A stretch of 64,000 nt of DNA from contig JAQWOT010000186.1 in NCBI GenBank assembly GCA_029245725.1, positions 15,679 through 79,678 of the forward strand, read 5' to 3'. Every line of letters begins with the position of its first letter. The first letter of the stretch is position 1. Positions 19,372-29,000 of the stretch are shown here, piece after piece. The notes under the pieces are model-generated. The model did no database searches, was not told the DNA's origin, and was given only the letters and a program-made list of their open reading frames with translations. The position numbers and the translations under genes are program-made. Origin of the DNA: SAR324 cluster bacterium (GTDB lineage: Bacteria > SAR324 > NAC60-12).

Positions 19372-19599
19372 ATGAAAGCTTGGTTGGACGAACTAGTTGA
19401 TGGGATCTACCGTGGGCTTTTTGCTCTGATTGTACTGTTCGTACCTACTTTGGCGCTAGGTGAACTGGCTAAGGTGACCTTTCCAGCAGAGTATCACGGT
19501 TGGTCCTTTCTCGGATTGCTTTGCGCCTATTTCCTGCTGCTCTATCGACTGCGTCATCGATTGCCCTACTGGCGGGATGAGGAGCCAACCGACTCCTAA
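19372..19599 (+). CDS. Small membrane protein (75 aa)
   Basis: Two predicted transmembrane helices. ORF only. Confidence 0.3.
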   Translation: MKAWLDELVDGIYRGLFALIVLFVPTLALGELAKVTFPAEYHGWSFLGLLCAYFLLLYRLRHRLPYWRDEEPTDS

Positions 19600-19654
19600 C
19601 AGGGTTGTACTGTAAACTTATTTTCAACCGAATTCATCGAATGAAAGGATTCGC

Positions 19655-20935
19655 ATGAGTGACAATGCACGGATTGATATCAGAGGTAAGTCAGTGGATT
19701 TACCGATTGTGGAAGGCAGTGAGGGTGAATTGGGACTGGACATCAGCAAACTGCGTGCGCAGTCCAAGGCAATCACGCTGGATCCAGGCTATGTGAACAC
19801 AGGTGCGTGCACCAGTGCGATTACCTTTCTGGACGGTGAAGAGGGAATTCTACGTTATCGAGGTTATTCCATAGAGGAATTGGCAGAGCATTCCAACTTT
19901 CTGGAAGTGAGCTACCTCTTGATTTATGGTGATTTACCAACAGTGGAACAATTGGAAGAGTTCCGGTGTAACGTCACGATGCACACGATGCTTCACGAGG
20001 ATTTGCGCCACATCTATGAGGCATTTCCAAAGGACGCCCATCCAATGGCGATTCTCTCATGCATTGTTTGCGCTCTCTCTACGTTCTACGATGATTTCAG
20101 CCACCGTGACCAGAGTGCGGTCGATCTCGCAGTGTGGCGACTCGTTGGCAAACTGCCCACGATTGCGGCTTGGTCATACAAGAAAAATAGTGGCCAACCC
20201 TTTGTTTATCCAAAGAACCACCTCGATTACTGTGCCAACTTCCTGAACATGATGTTCAGCGTACCGGCTGGACCTTATGAAGTTCCTGAAGTGTTTGCCA
20301 AGGCGCTCAACGTGCTCTTCATTTTACACGCTGATCACGAACAGAACTGCTCCACATCAACAGTACGCCTGGTGGGTAGTAGCCAAGCCAACCTGTTTGC
20401 TTCGATTTCATCAGGGATTGCAGCGCTCTGGGGGCCACTGCATGGCGGGGCAAATCAGGCTGTACTGGAAATGCTAATGCAGATTCAGAATGATGGCGGT
20501 GATGTGCAGAAATTTGTGAATCTTGCCAAGGACAAGAATTCAAATTTCCGCCTGATGGGTTTTGGCCACCGAGTCTATCGCAATTTTGATCCACGGGCCA
20601 AGATCATCAAGCGCTATGCCGATGAGATCCTCAAAGTTGTTGGGGTGCAGGATCCTTTGCTGGATATCGCCAAGCAACTGGAGGAGGCTGCGCTGCAAGA
20701 CGAATATTTCGTTGAGCGCAAACTCTATCCAAACGTCGACTTCTATAGCGGGATCATCTACAAGGCGATGGGCTTCCCGATTGACATGTTCACCGTCCTA
20801 TTTGCGATGGGACGAATGCCGGGCTGGATCGCACACTGGATCGAAATGCACAACAGTGATGCCAAGATTGGGCGCCCTCGACAGATCTACACAGGTCCAA
20901 CACAGCGTTCGTATCAACAGATCAGCCAGCGCTGA
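19655..20935 (+). CDS. gltA: Citrate synthase
   Basis: GFGHRVY catalytic-His motif and a 426-aa type-II citrate synthase layout. Confidence 0.95.
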   Translation: MSDNARIDIRGKSVDLPIVEGSEGELGLDISKLRAQSKAITLDPGYVNTGACTSAITFLDGEEGILRYRGYSIEELAEHSNFLEVSYLLIYGDLPTVEQLEEFRCNVTMHTMLHEDLRHIYEAFPKDAHPMAILSCIVCALSTFYDDFSHRDQSAVDLAVWRLVGKLPTIAAWSYKKNSGQPFVYPKNHLDYCANFLNMMFSVPAGPYEVPEVFAKALNVLFILHADHEQNCSTSTVRLVGSSQANLFASISSGIAALWGPLHGGANQAVLEMLMQIQNDGGDVQKFVNLAKDKNSNFRLMGFGHRVYRNFDPRAKIIKRYADEILKVVGVQDPLLDIAKQLEEAALQDEYFVERKLYPNVDFYSGIIYKAMGFPIDMFTVLFAMGRMPGWIAHWIEMHNSDAKIGRPRQIYTGPTQRSYQQISQR

Positions 20936-20986
20936 TTCTACCTTTTCAGGAGTCACACAATTGTGTGGCTCCATCCTATCTTTCCC

Positions 20987-21898
20987 TCATTTCACTCGCA
21001 GTTGTGCTACGAGAACTCGTGGATGACCTTGCAGGTCCTTACAAAATTCAACCAAGTTCCACGCCTCAGTTTCTTGAATGAGCCTGGTCAAAGCTGGTTG
21101 TTGATCGTACCCAATCTCGACAATCAGCCAACCTCCGGGTCGTAGTAGACGAGGACCTTGCTGGAGAAATTCCTGATACCAGAAAAGACCGTCTTCACCG
21201 CCATCCAGCGCCAGATGTGGTTCAAATTGGCTGACTTCAGGACTCAAACTCGTAATCTCTATAGTTCGAATGTAGGGAGGGTTACTCAGGAGTGCGTCAA
21301 ACTGATGGTTCGCAGATAGAGTTGCGAAACCGTTGGACTGGAGTAATTGTAACCGATTCTGACGTGGTTCAAGGAGCAGTGAGTGCACCTTACAATTTTG
21401 CTGAGCCACTTGGAGTGCTGTCGTACTTTGTTCCAGACAAAGCCAATCCAGTTGTGTGCGTTCTGCACAGAGTGACAACGGGATAGCTCCAGTACCTGTG
21501 CCAAGTTCCAGTAGCCGTAGAGGGTGTTTGGGAAGTTGATTGAGCGCGGCCTCGATCAGCGTTTCGGTGTCAGGACGTGGAATGAGAACGCCTGGTGCAA
21601 CACGCAATCGAAGAGACCAAAAATCTCGGTAGCCCAAGAGATAGGCGACAGGGCATCCTTGGCCACGCTCACGAACTATTTGTCGATAGTCCGCTCGTTC
21701 TGGTTCTGTCAGGGGCCGATCGGCTTGCAAATACAGTTGCAGGCGCTCATAACCCAGTGCATGAGCTAGTAGCATCTCTGCATCTAATCGTGCAGTAGCC
21801 AGTTGTTTTTCACGGAAGTAGTCCGTTGTCCAACGCAAAACGGCTTCAATCGTCCAGGTGTCTGGAGTTTCAGGCACGCTGGGATTCGGTTGCTCCAA
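20987..21898 (-). CDS. prmC: Release-factor glutamine N5-methyltransferase
   Basis: SAM fold LELGTGTGAI and the NPPY motif LLSNPPYI. Confidence 0.85.
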   Translation of the reverse strand: MEQPNPSVPETPDTWTIEAVLRWTTDYFREKQLATARLDAEMLLAHALGYERLQLYLQADRPLTEPERADYRQIVRERGQGCPVAYLLGYRDFWSLRLRVAPGVLIPRPDTETLIEAALNQLPKHPLRLLELGTGTGAIPLSLCAERTQLDWLCLEQSTTALQVAQQNCKVHSLLLEPRQNRLQLLQSNGFATLSANHQFDALLSNPPYIRTIEITSLSPEVSQFEPHLALDGGEDGLFWYQEFLQQGPRLLRPGGWLIVEIGYDQQPALTRLIQETEAWNLVEFCKDLQGHPRVLVAQLRVK

Positions 21899-22535
21899 CT
21901 GACTCGTCGGCTTCTTCAGATGTTTCTGAGGATTCTTCTGCAGCAGCTTTGTTAGGGGTGGTTTCCTTGAGGAAGCGCCCCATCAGGCTATTCATGGCGT
22001 CTTGAACTCGCTTTACTTGCTCCATGGACTGCCCCACCAGCCGATCCGAAGTTCGTTTGGCTTCAATCGTAATCGAAGATTCCTTGACAGAAATATCCCC
22101 ATTGACAGCAACCCAGACTTTCCGGCGTGTAAAAAATTCTAAATAGCCACAGATCTGAGCAATCCGGCGTCGACAATCGGACATACGTAGCTTAAGGCGT
22201 TGGCTGAAAGATTCTGACTGATCTTGTTGTTTCATCTGCAGAAAGCCTGCGATAGCCCTCTCGTAAAAGCGCTTTGCCTGCTGAAATTTCTCTTCTGTAC
22301 TTTTCCACTCCAGCACAAAGGCATCCTGTTCAGCTAGGCGAAATAGGCACCAACCCTGGTTACGATACATATCGGGTGTGGTCTTGTTGCGTAATTCGGC
22401 AGATTTTCCAAATTTTTCGAGAGATTCGACAAAATGCTCTAGCTTCAACAGTTCGAATCCTTCACGATAGTATTGTTGAGATAGCTCGGGGGAAGCGGCA
22501 GGATCAGTCATGGTTGATTTAGATTTTATGGGCAA
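21870..22535 (-). CDS. Hypothetical protein with N-terminal TPR-like helices and an acidic C-terminal tail
   Basis: 221-aa ORF that overlaps the prmC start by 29 nt. Confidence 0.4.
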   Translation of the reverse strand: MPIKSKSTMTDPAASPELSQQYYREGFELLKLEHFVESLEKFGKSAELRNKTTPDMYRNQGWCLFRLAEQDAFVLEWKSTEEKFQQAKRFYERAIAGFLQMKQQDQSESFSQRLKLRMSDCRRRIAQICGYLEFFTRRKVWVAVNGDISVKESSITIEAKRTSDRLVGQSMEQVKRVQDAMNSLMGRFLKETTPNKAAAEESSETSEEADESVGATESQRA

Positions 22536-22822
22536 GGATAGGTGCCGGGAGGAACAATCAATTCGGGATGCCGAACAATGGTTGTCGACTGTCCTGTTGT
22601 AAAATGGTAAGTGACTCGCTCTTCAGAAATGAACAGAAACTCTGGAGCACTTTCTTCCCAGCCAGCATTGCGTCGAAACTCCCTTTCATAGACAACTCGG
22701 CAGAGATAATCAATTTGCTGCTGTTGCATGGTGGGATAGAGTAGGGAACGAGGGGATTGCTGACAAGCGCCGATAGCGAGAAGAATCAGGATGGCCAGCC
22801 AAGGGGCTTTTAGAAAAGACAT
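22526..22822 (-). CDS. Small secreted hypothetical protein
   Basis: Signal peptide MSFLKAPWLAILILLAIGAC. 98 aa. Confidence 0.35.
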   Translation of the reverse strand: MSFLKAPWLAILILLAIGACQQSPRSLLYPTMQQQQIDYLCRVVYEREFRRNAGWEESAPEFLFISEERVTYHFTTGQSTTIVRHPELIVPPGTYPCP

Positions 22823-22857
22823 GAACGTTGCCTGTGCTCAGAAACAACGGCGAGAAA

Positions 22858-24069
22858 TCAGGAAGAAGCTTCCTGCACAGCTGTTGTTGATGGAAGCTCT
22901 TCGTCTTCAGGAATGTCTACGGGACCTGATGATTCAGGGCCAGGGTCAACGCGCCACTGACGATAGCCATATTGCACAGCATTGGCAATCTGGCGGGCGA
23001 AGCGGTCACGACCAAAGCGTTGGGTCTGCTTGCGCAGCTGAACTGGATCGAAGTCCTCCCACATCTGCTCCATTTGCTCGATTGCAGCACAGAGGGCATC
23101 AACACGGGCTTCCTTGAAAAAAATACCAGTCTGTTCGTTAACGGTTTCCAGTACACCGCCACCTGCAAAAGCTAGCACTGGAGTACCCGCTGCCTGGGCT
23201 TCCAAAGGTGTGATGCCAAAGTCATCAATCCCTGGAAAAACAAAGGCCCGAGCCTGCTGATAAAGCACTGGAAGTTCGTGAGAGGCCCGGTCTCCCAGGA
23301 ATTCGATATTCGGTTCCGCAATGGATTGGCAATATTCCTGATCCTGACCCGTACCAACAATTTTCAAGGGTAGCCCCAGACGGTTGAAGGCTTCGATTGC
23401 CAAGTCAACCCGCTTATTTGGTGCGAAGGCCCCAACCATCAGGTAATAGTCCTGCTTGCTCACCGGCCCTTGTGGTACAAAGGCTTCTAGATCAACAGGT
23501 GGATAGACGACTTGAGACTCACGGTCATAATATTCCAGAATTTTTTGACGAATGTTACGACTGTTGCAGAGGAAAGTGTGTACTCGCTTGGCGCTGGACT
23601 TGTCCCATTCTCGCAGATAAGGCCGCATTGCTTCTCCACCGAGGCGCTGTAGGCGAGAGGTCTGCATTCGCCGGAAGTAGAGATCGAAAGAGTCCCAGAT
23701 GTAGCGCATGGGTGCGTGTACGTAGGACAAGTGATAGGTGTTGGGTCCCACGCGAACACCCTTGGCAGCACAATGACTTGAACTGATGATGACGTCATAG
23801 TCACTGAGGTCAAAAGCTTCAATCGCTGTTGGAAAGAGCGGCAAAAAGTAGCGATAGTGCTTGATGCCCCCAGGAATGTGCTGCAGAAAAGATGTGTAGA
23901 TCGGCATCTCTGCAATTGCAGGTGAGACGCTGTCTGTCTGATGCACAAGCGTGTAGAGGTCAGCCTGGGGAAAAAGTTCACAGAACACCTCTAGGCACTT
24001 TTCTCCGCCACGCATACCGGTCAACCAATCGTGAACCAGGGCAATCCTTCGACCTTCCAGTAACGCCAT
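22858..24069 (-). CDS. Family-4 glycosyltransferase (GT-B)
   Basis: N-terminal GT4 domain and a C-terminal glycosyl-transferase-group-1 motif region (EGFGITPLEAQAAGTPV-like: FGITPLEAQAAGTPVLA). Confidence 0.85.
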   Translation of the reverse strand: MALLEGRRIALVHDWLTGMRGGEKCLEVFCELFPQADLYTLVHQTDSVSPAIAEMPIYTSFLQHIPGGIKHYRYFLPLFPTAIEAFDLSDYDVIISSSHCAAKGVRVGPNTYHLSYVHAPMRYIWDSFDLYFRRMQTSRLQRLGGEAMRPYLREWDKSSAKRVHTFLCNSRNIRQKILEYYDRESQVVYPPVDLEAFVPQGPVSKQDYYLMVGAFAPNKRVDLAIEAFNRLGLPLKIVGTGQDQEYCQSIAEPNIEFLGDRASHELPVLYQQARAFVFPGIDDFGITPLEAQAAGTPVLAFAGGGVLETVNEQTGIFFKEARVDALCAAIEQMEQMWEDFDPVQLRKQTQRFGRDRFARQIANAVQYGYRQWRVDPGPESSGPVDIPEDEELPSTTAVQEASS

Positions 24070-24160
24070 CCTGTTTCTTTCTGAAGATTATTGGAGTTTG
24101 TAAACCGGTGAAAGGTAACCGTCCCTGCCCAAATCTGCAACCAGAATCGTCCCTCTAACT

Positions 24161-24574
24161 ATGCCATCTCTGACCGCTTCCAAGTGCTTCTGGATTCGTC
24201 TTCAACAACTACGCTTCCATGCCCATCATGGGGTACTACCAGAAGAAGCCACTTTGGGACAGCGCTTTGTACTGGACTTGGAGTGTGCATTCCATCCGCC
24301 ATCAGAGCCTTGGACTGATGAATTGTCGCACACAGTATCTTATGCAGAGCTTTGTGAACAAATCCGTGAGCTTTGTGAACAGCGTAGATTCAAGTTGCTG
24401 GAGTCACTAGCCGATGCGATTGTTGAACGTCTCCGCGGAGAATTCCCAAAGATTGAGTACATCCGAGTCTGCCTACACAAGCCCTCTGTTCCTCTAGCAG
24501 CCTTATTGGATGAGGCTGCTGTAGAACTTCGCTGGTGTAGTGAGACATGGCCAAACTCCCTGGCTTCTTCCTGA
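24161..24574 (+). CDS. folB: Dihydroneopterin aldolase
   Basis: IRLQQLRFHAHHGVLPEE...RFVLDLE pattern of FolB. Roughly 120-aa core. Confidence 0.7.
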   Translation: MPSLTASKCFWIRLQQLRFHAHHGVLPEEATLGQRFVLDLECAFHPPSEPWTDELSHTVSYAELCEQIRELCEQRRFKLLESLADAIVERLRGEFPKIEYIRVCLHKPSVPLAALLDEAAVELRWCSETWPNSLASS

Positions 24575-24680
24575 TTTCTTCAAATCCCAACTTGCTCGAT
24601 CTAGTGCCTATGAAAAGGTGATACTTGCTGACCCAATCGAGATCTGATCTACTGATTTTGTTTACCTACTATCTTCTCGC

Positions 24681-26690
24681 TTGGAAGCAGTCATGAAACT
24701 CCGAGTTGCTGCTGCAACACTAAATCAAACCCCACTGGACTGGCCCGGTAATCTTCGCCGCATTCGTCAGGCAATTGAACAGGCACGTCAGCAAGAAGTG
24801 CAACTGCTACTGCTGCCAGAGCTTTGTTTGACCGGATATGGCTGCGAAGATGTTTTTCATGCGGAACAACTGCATGATTATGCTTGGGGTCAACTGTTGT
24901 CGCTGCTACCGCTCACCAACGAGATGGTCGTTGTACTTGGGGTGCCGTTGCGTATTCGCAAGCAGACTTACAATGCGGCAGCACTACTGGCGCACCAGCA
25001 GTTGGTGGGGCTAGTCTGCAAGCAGACGTTGCCTCAGCACGATCTGTTTTATGAACCACGCTGGTTTCAGCCTTGGATGCCAGGCAAGCAGGACCTGCTG
25101 AAGCGGGATGGCCTGCAAGTTCTGTTTGGAGATATCTGCTTTGATCTGGGGGGTGTACGAGTTGGGATGGAAATCTGTGAAGACGCTTGGGGCACCTCCC
25201 GTCCGGCGCAACGCTTGGCTTCTCAGGATGTGGATCTGATCCTCAATCCAAGCGCCAGTCCATTCAGTTTTGGTAAGATCCAGTTGCGGCAACAACTGGT
25301 CACCGAGTCTGCCCGTTCAACGGCTACGACTTACCTCTATGCCAATCTGCTGGGAAATGAGGCTGGAAGAATCATCTACGAAGGCAGCACTTTGATTGCT
25401 CACGGTCGGCAGGGAATGGTAGCATCCGGTCGTTACTTTTCCTTTACAGAATTTCAGATGACGACAGCAATTGTGGATCTGCGCCTGACACGTCTGGATC
25501 GTAGCAAGCTACCCGTTCGGGCTACATCAGAACCTTCACCTCACTGCATTTTCTGCCCGTTTTCCTGGAAATCTTTACCCATTTCTCTGAAATCCACAGC
25601 GAGATCATTGGCTCCACCTCCGAGCAAGCATGAGGAATTTACTCACGCAGTGAGCCTCGGACTGTGGGACTATCTGTGCAAAAGTCGCAGTCGTGGTTTT
25701 GTAGTTTCAGCTAGTGGTGGTGCGGATTCTTCTAGTCTGGTGGCGCTGGTTTACCTAATGTTGCGTCTTGCTGATGAGGAAATGGGCCGTACCAAGTTGG
25801 TCGAATGCCTAACAAGGCTCTGGTCAATGGACCTGCCAACCGATATTTCACTCACGGAGTTGATGTCACGCTTATTGCTAACCATCTACCAGTCAAGTGA
25901 GAATTCTTCAGCAACTACAAGGTTTGCTGCACGCACAGTTTGTGAATCGGTCGGTGCCCGACACTTCGAATACGATATTCAGCCCTTGCTGGATCAACAC
26001 CATGGCTGGATGGAGCAGCAACTAGAACGACCACTGGATTGGCAACAAGACGATTTGGCCTTGCAGAACATTCAGGCTCGGGTCCGGGCTCCAGGAGCTT
26101 GGTTTCTGACGAATCTTCACGGTGCACTGCTGTTATCCACTAGTAATCGGAGTGAGGCTGCTGTGGGTTACGCAACCATGGATGGGGATACGGCAGGAGG
26201 ATTGAGCCCGCTTGGGGGAATAGACAAAGCCTACCTGCGCGAATGGTTGCGTTGGTTAGAAAAAGAAGGATTGCCAACGATCGGTCCGCTGCCTTTTTTG
26301 CATTGCGTGAACGCACAGGAACCGACGGCGGAATTACGACCGCTTGCCGCCGCACAGTCTGACGAAGATGATCTGATGCCCTATCATGTGTTGGACACAA
26401 TTGAGCGTGTGGCAATTCGAGAACATCGCTGGCCACTAGAAATTTGGCATGACCTGCAGGAGCGTTTTTCAGAGCTTTCACCAGTTCAGCTAGCACATTA
26501 CACAGAACGCTTTTTTCGTCTCTGGTGTCGCAACCAATGGAAACGAGAGCGTCTGGCACCGTCCTTTCATTTGGACGAAGAAAATCTGGATCCAAAAACA
26601 TGGTGTCGCTTTCCGATCCTTTCGGGAAACTTTGAGACTGAGTTGGAAGCCCTCAGGGCTGCCGCACACCCAACCTCCCTAGACTCGTAG
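24681..26690 (+). CDS. nadE: Glutamine-dependent NAD+ synthetase (nitrilase domain plus synthetase domain)
   Basis: N-terminal carbon-nitrogen hydrolase domain (LLPELCLTGY, catalytic C in MEICED) and a C-terminal PP-loop, SASGGADSS. Confidence 0.9.
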   Translation: MEAVMKLRVAAATLNQTPLDWPGNLRRIRQAIEQARQQEVQLLLLPELCLTGYGCEDVFHAEQLHDYAWGQLLSLLPLTNEMVVVLGVPLRIRKQTYNAAALLAHQQLVGLVCKQTLPQHDLFYEPRWFQPWMPGKQDLLKRDGLQVLFGDICFDLGGVRVGMEICEDAWGTSRPAQRLASQDVDLILNPSASPFSFGKIQLRQQLVTESARSTATTYLYANLLGNEAGRIIYEGSTLIAHGRQGMVASGRYFSFTEFQMTTAIVDLRLTRLDRSKLPVRATSEPSPHCIFCPFSWKSLPISLKSTARSLAPPPSKHEEFTHAVSLGLWDYLCKSRSRGFVVSASGGADSSSLVALVYLMLRLADEEMGRTKLVECLTRLWSMDLPTDISLTELMSRLLLTIYQSSENSSATTRFAARTVCESVGARHFEYDIQPLLDQHHGWMEQQLERPLDWQQDDLALQNIQARVRAPGAWFLTNLHGALLLSTSNRSEAAVGYATMDGDTAGGLSPLGGIDKAYLREWLRWLEKEGLPTIGPLPFLHCVNAQEPTAELRPLAAAQSDEDDLMPYHVLDTIERVAIREHRWPLEIWHDLQERFSELSPVQLAHYTERFFRLWCRNQWKRERLAPSFHLDEENLDPKTWCRFPILSGNFETELEALRAAAHPTSLDS

Positions 26691-26702
26691 GAGTATTGCT
26701 TC

Positions 26703-27524
26703 ATGGAACAGGGAACCCTAATCGGTAACATCCTTGCTTGGGTGTTACTGGTGGTCGCAATGACCTTCGACTTTGTCAACTTTAGCCTAGATATTGGTAA
26801 GCTGGGCTACTTCGTTGATGTCCCCTCTTTGATGATCGTTTTTGGAGGAACTATCGCCTCTACCTTTATTCTCCATCCGATGGATGAAGCGAAAACCTTC
26901 GGTAAGAGCATTGGAAAAACTTGGAAGCCCAATAACGTGCAGTTGGTGGAAACCCTGACCTTAATTGTAGATGTTGCCAAAATTGCCAGAAAGAACATCC
27001 TTGCTATTGAAGACGCACTGCCCAGTATTGAAAACCTATTTCTCCGTAGTGGGTTACGATTGGTGGTAGACCGAGTTGATCGACAGGCAATCGTTGACAT
27101 GATGAGTCATGAAATGAAATTCACAATGGCTGGCAAGGACAGTGAGGCAGAAGTACTTGGAACAATGGGTTCTCTCTGCCCTGCCTGGGGGATGTTGGGA
27201 ACACTCGTTGGCTTGGTCCTTCTACTCCAGAACCTGGACGATCCTTCTGCGATTGGTCCTGCGATGGCGGTTGCCTTGATCACAACGTTCTACGGGTCTC
27301 TCTTCGCCAATGTTATTTTCAATCCGTGTAAGGGTAAACTCGACATCTACAACGCCGAGTACAAGACATTGATGGAAATGATCAAGGATGGTGTGCTGTA
27401 CATTGAGCGTGGTGAGCGACCGGATTTCATCGAGTCTGACTTGATGAACTACCTCCCACCCGACAAGAAGGCAATGTACGAAGCGCTGAAGTTTGAAAAC
27501 CAAGGTGGTGGTGGCGAAGGCTGA
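26703..27524 (+). CDS. motA: Flagellar-stator-type ion channel A subunit (PomA/MotA family)
   Basis: Four transmembrane helices. Near-identical blocks to Vibrio PomA: FVDVPSLMIVFGGTIA, DDPSAIGPAMAVALITTFYG, and DGVLYIERGERPDFIESDLMNYL. Confidence 0.8.
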   Translation: MEQGTLIGNILAWVLLVVAMTFDFVNFSLDIGKLGYFVDVPSLMIVFGGTIASTFILHPMDEAKTFGKSIGKTWKPNNVQLVETLTLIVDVAKIARKNILAIEDALPSIENLFLRSGLRLVVDRVDRQAIVDMMSHEMKFTMAGKDSEAEVLGTMGSLCPAWGMLGTLVGLVLLLQNLDDPSAIGPAMAVALITTFYGSLFANVIFNPCKGKLDIYNAEYKTLMEMIKDGVLYIERGERPDFIESDLMNYLPPDKKAMYEALKFENQGGGGEG

Positions 27525-27554
27525 TCTCGCTGACTACCCCAAGTTGGAGAATGC

Positions 27555-28211
27555 ATGGGACAAATCATCGATTCCGACGATTGCCCGATATGTGAGGAAT
27601 TCAAGGACGGCTGGATTTTTACGTATGGAGATCTGGTTACACTGCTGCTGTGCTTCTTCATCCTGCTCTTTTCACTCTGTAAGATCGATGATCATAAGCT
27701 CAAGCAAATCTCTGACAGTTTCCGCTCACTGCCTCCAGGCAGCCCATTTCTTTTCAGTGGTCGCTCTGCCAGTATGGAGCATGCAGCTCAGGAGTTAGAA
27801 AAGATGGATATGCCAGATAGTGTGAATGTCAGTGCAGGGAAAGAAGGTGTCGAAGTCTCCTTCAGCCGTAATGTGGCTTTTGCTCAGGGATCAGTTGAAC
27901 TGAGCAAAGCAGTTAAGGAAACGATCGACAAAATGCTGCCGACGATTGGTCCACTGACCAATGATATATTGATTTCAGGGCACACGGATTCAACGGATGT
28001 CAATGACCGTTTTCCCTCCAATTGGGAAATGTCGATAGCCCGAGCCAGCGCAATTGCGACCTATTTGGAATCGAAGGAAATTCCAACCAAGCGGATTCAA
28101 GTGGCTGGCTTCGGAGATTCCCGACCACGCTTTTTCGCTGATACAGCCTACAAGCGCTCGCTTAATCGCCGTGTTGAGATCTTGCTGATGCCTGAAGATA
28201 TGCAGCGCTGA
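27555..28211 (+). CDS. motB: Stator B subunit paralog 1 (PomB/MotB family, OmpA-like peptidoglycan-binding domain)
   Basis: N-terminal CPIC pair, the transmembrane helix WIFTYGDLVTLLLCFFILLF with the conserved channel Asp, and C-terminal OmpA motifs GHTDSTD, NWEMSIARA and NRRVEI. Confidence 0.8.
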   Translation: MGQIIDSDDCPICEEFKDGWIFTYGDLVTLLLCFFILLFSLCKIDDHKLKQISDSFRSLPPGSPFLFSGRSASMEHAAQELEKMDMPDSVNVSAGKEGVEVSFSRNVAFAQGSVELSKAVKETIDKMLPTIGPLTNDILISGHTDSTDVNDRFPSNWEMSIARASAIATYLESKEIPTKRIQVAGFGDSRPRFFADTAYKRSLNRRVEILLMPEDMQR

Positions 28212-28238
28212 TTCCCCAAACTAACTGATACGAACTGC

Positions 28239-28886
28239 ATGGGTATTCCAATTGACGAAGAAGATTGTCCAGTCTGTGTAGAGTTCAAGGATGGTTGGAT
28301 CTTTACGTATGGTGATCTGGTCACACTACTGTTGTGCTTCTTCATTCTGCTCTTCTCAATGTGCAAATACGAGATTGAGAAGTTTAAGAGTGTTGCCGAG
28401 AGCTTTAAGCCCTTGCCAGCGGGCACTCCATTCATGGAGGAGGGTAATGACTCCGTGGTGGAACAAATCTCCAAGAATGTTGAAAATACTGAGTTGGGTG
28501 ACAGTACTAATGTAACTACAGAAGCTCGTGGAGTAGTTGTTTCCTTCAGTGCCCAGGCCTTTTTCGAACCAGAATCCAGCGAATTGACAGCAGATGCTCG
28601 TAAAGAACTTCAACGCTTTGCCCAATTGCTCTTTCTACTGCCCAATCCAATCCAGATTGAAGGCCACACCGACAACACCCCACTGACGAAATGGTCTTCA
28701 GGCTGGGAGTTGTCTGGTGCTCGCGCGGCTCGAGTTGCAAGATTCTTGATCGAAACGGGCCTGGAAGCTGATAAAGTGACGGCTAAGGCCTATGGGGCCA
28801 ATCGTCCGCGTTTCCGCAACGACTCTGAAATTCAGCGTGTTCTCAACAATCGAGTAGAATTGATCATCCTGCCAGTCGAAGAGTGA
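28239..28886 (+). CDS. motB: Stator B subunit paralog 2 (PomB/MotB family)
   Basis: Same architecture as paralog 1: CPVC pair, WIFTYGDLVTLLLCFFILLF, GHTDNTP, WELSGARA and NRVELI. Confidence 0.8.
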   Translation: MGIPIDEEDCPVCVEFKDGWIFTYGDLVTLLLCFFILLFSMCKYEIEKFKSVAESFKPLPAGTPFMEEGNDSVVEQISKNVENTELGDSTNVTTEARGVVVSFSAQAFFEPESSELTADARKELQRFAQLLFLLPNPIQIEGHTDNTPLTKWSSGWELSGARAARVARFLIETGLEADKVTAKAYGANRPRFRNDSEIQRVLNNRVELIILPVEE

Positions 28887-29000
28887 ATTCTATCTAATCC
28901 ACTCCTGTCTTTTTTCACTCGCACCTCCGCTCTCTTCTGCTAGCCTATAAAGCTTTTCAAAGTTTCCTCTGTCAGTCACGCCTTCCTAAGCTCAATCTGC

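Noticed and set aside
23487-23981. Long antisense or alternative-frame ORFs inside confident genes (for example 23487-23981, 54199-54648, 37359-37842, 10831-11238)
   Set aside because: They overlap well-supported genes on the opposite strand or in another frame, have no ribosome-binding site, and have biased composition typical of shadow ORFs in GC-rich coding DNA.
28209-28241. motB paralog 1 and paralog 2 are in the same frame, separated by TGA plus 9 sense codons, giving a possible readthrough fusion
   Set aside because: Each paralog has its own N-terminal transmembrane plug region, so a fusion is topologically implausible. A frame coincidence is expected in about a third of gene pairs.
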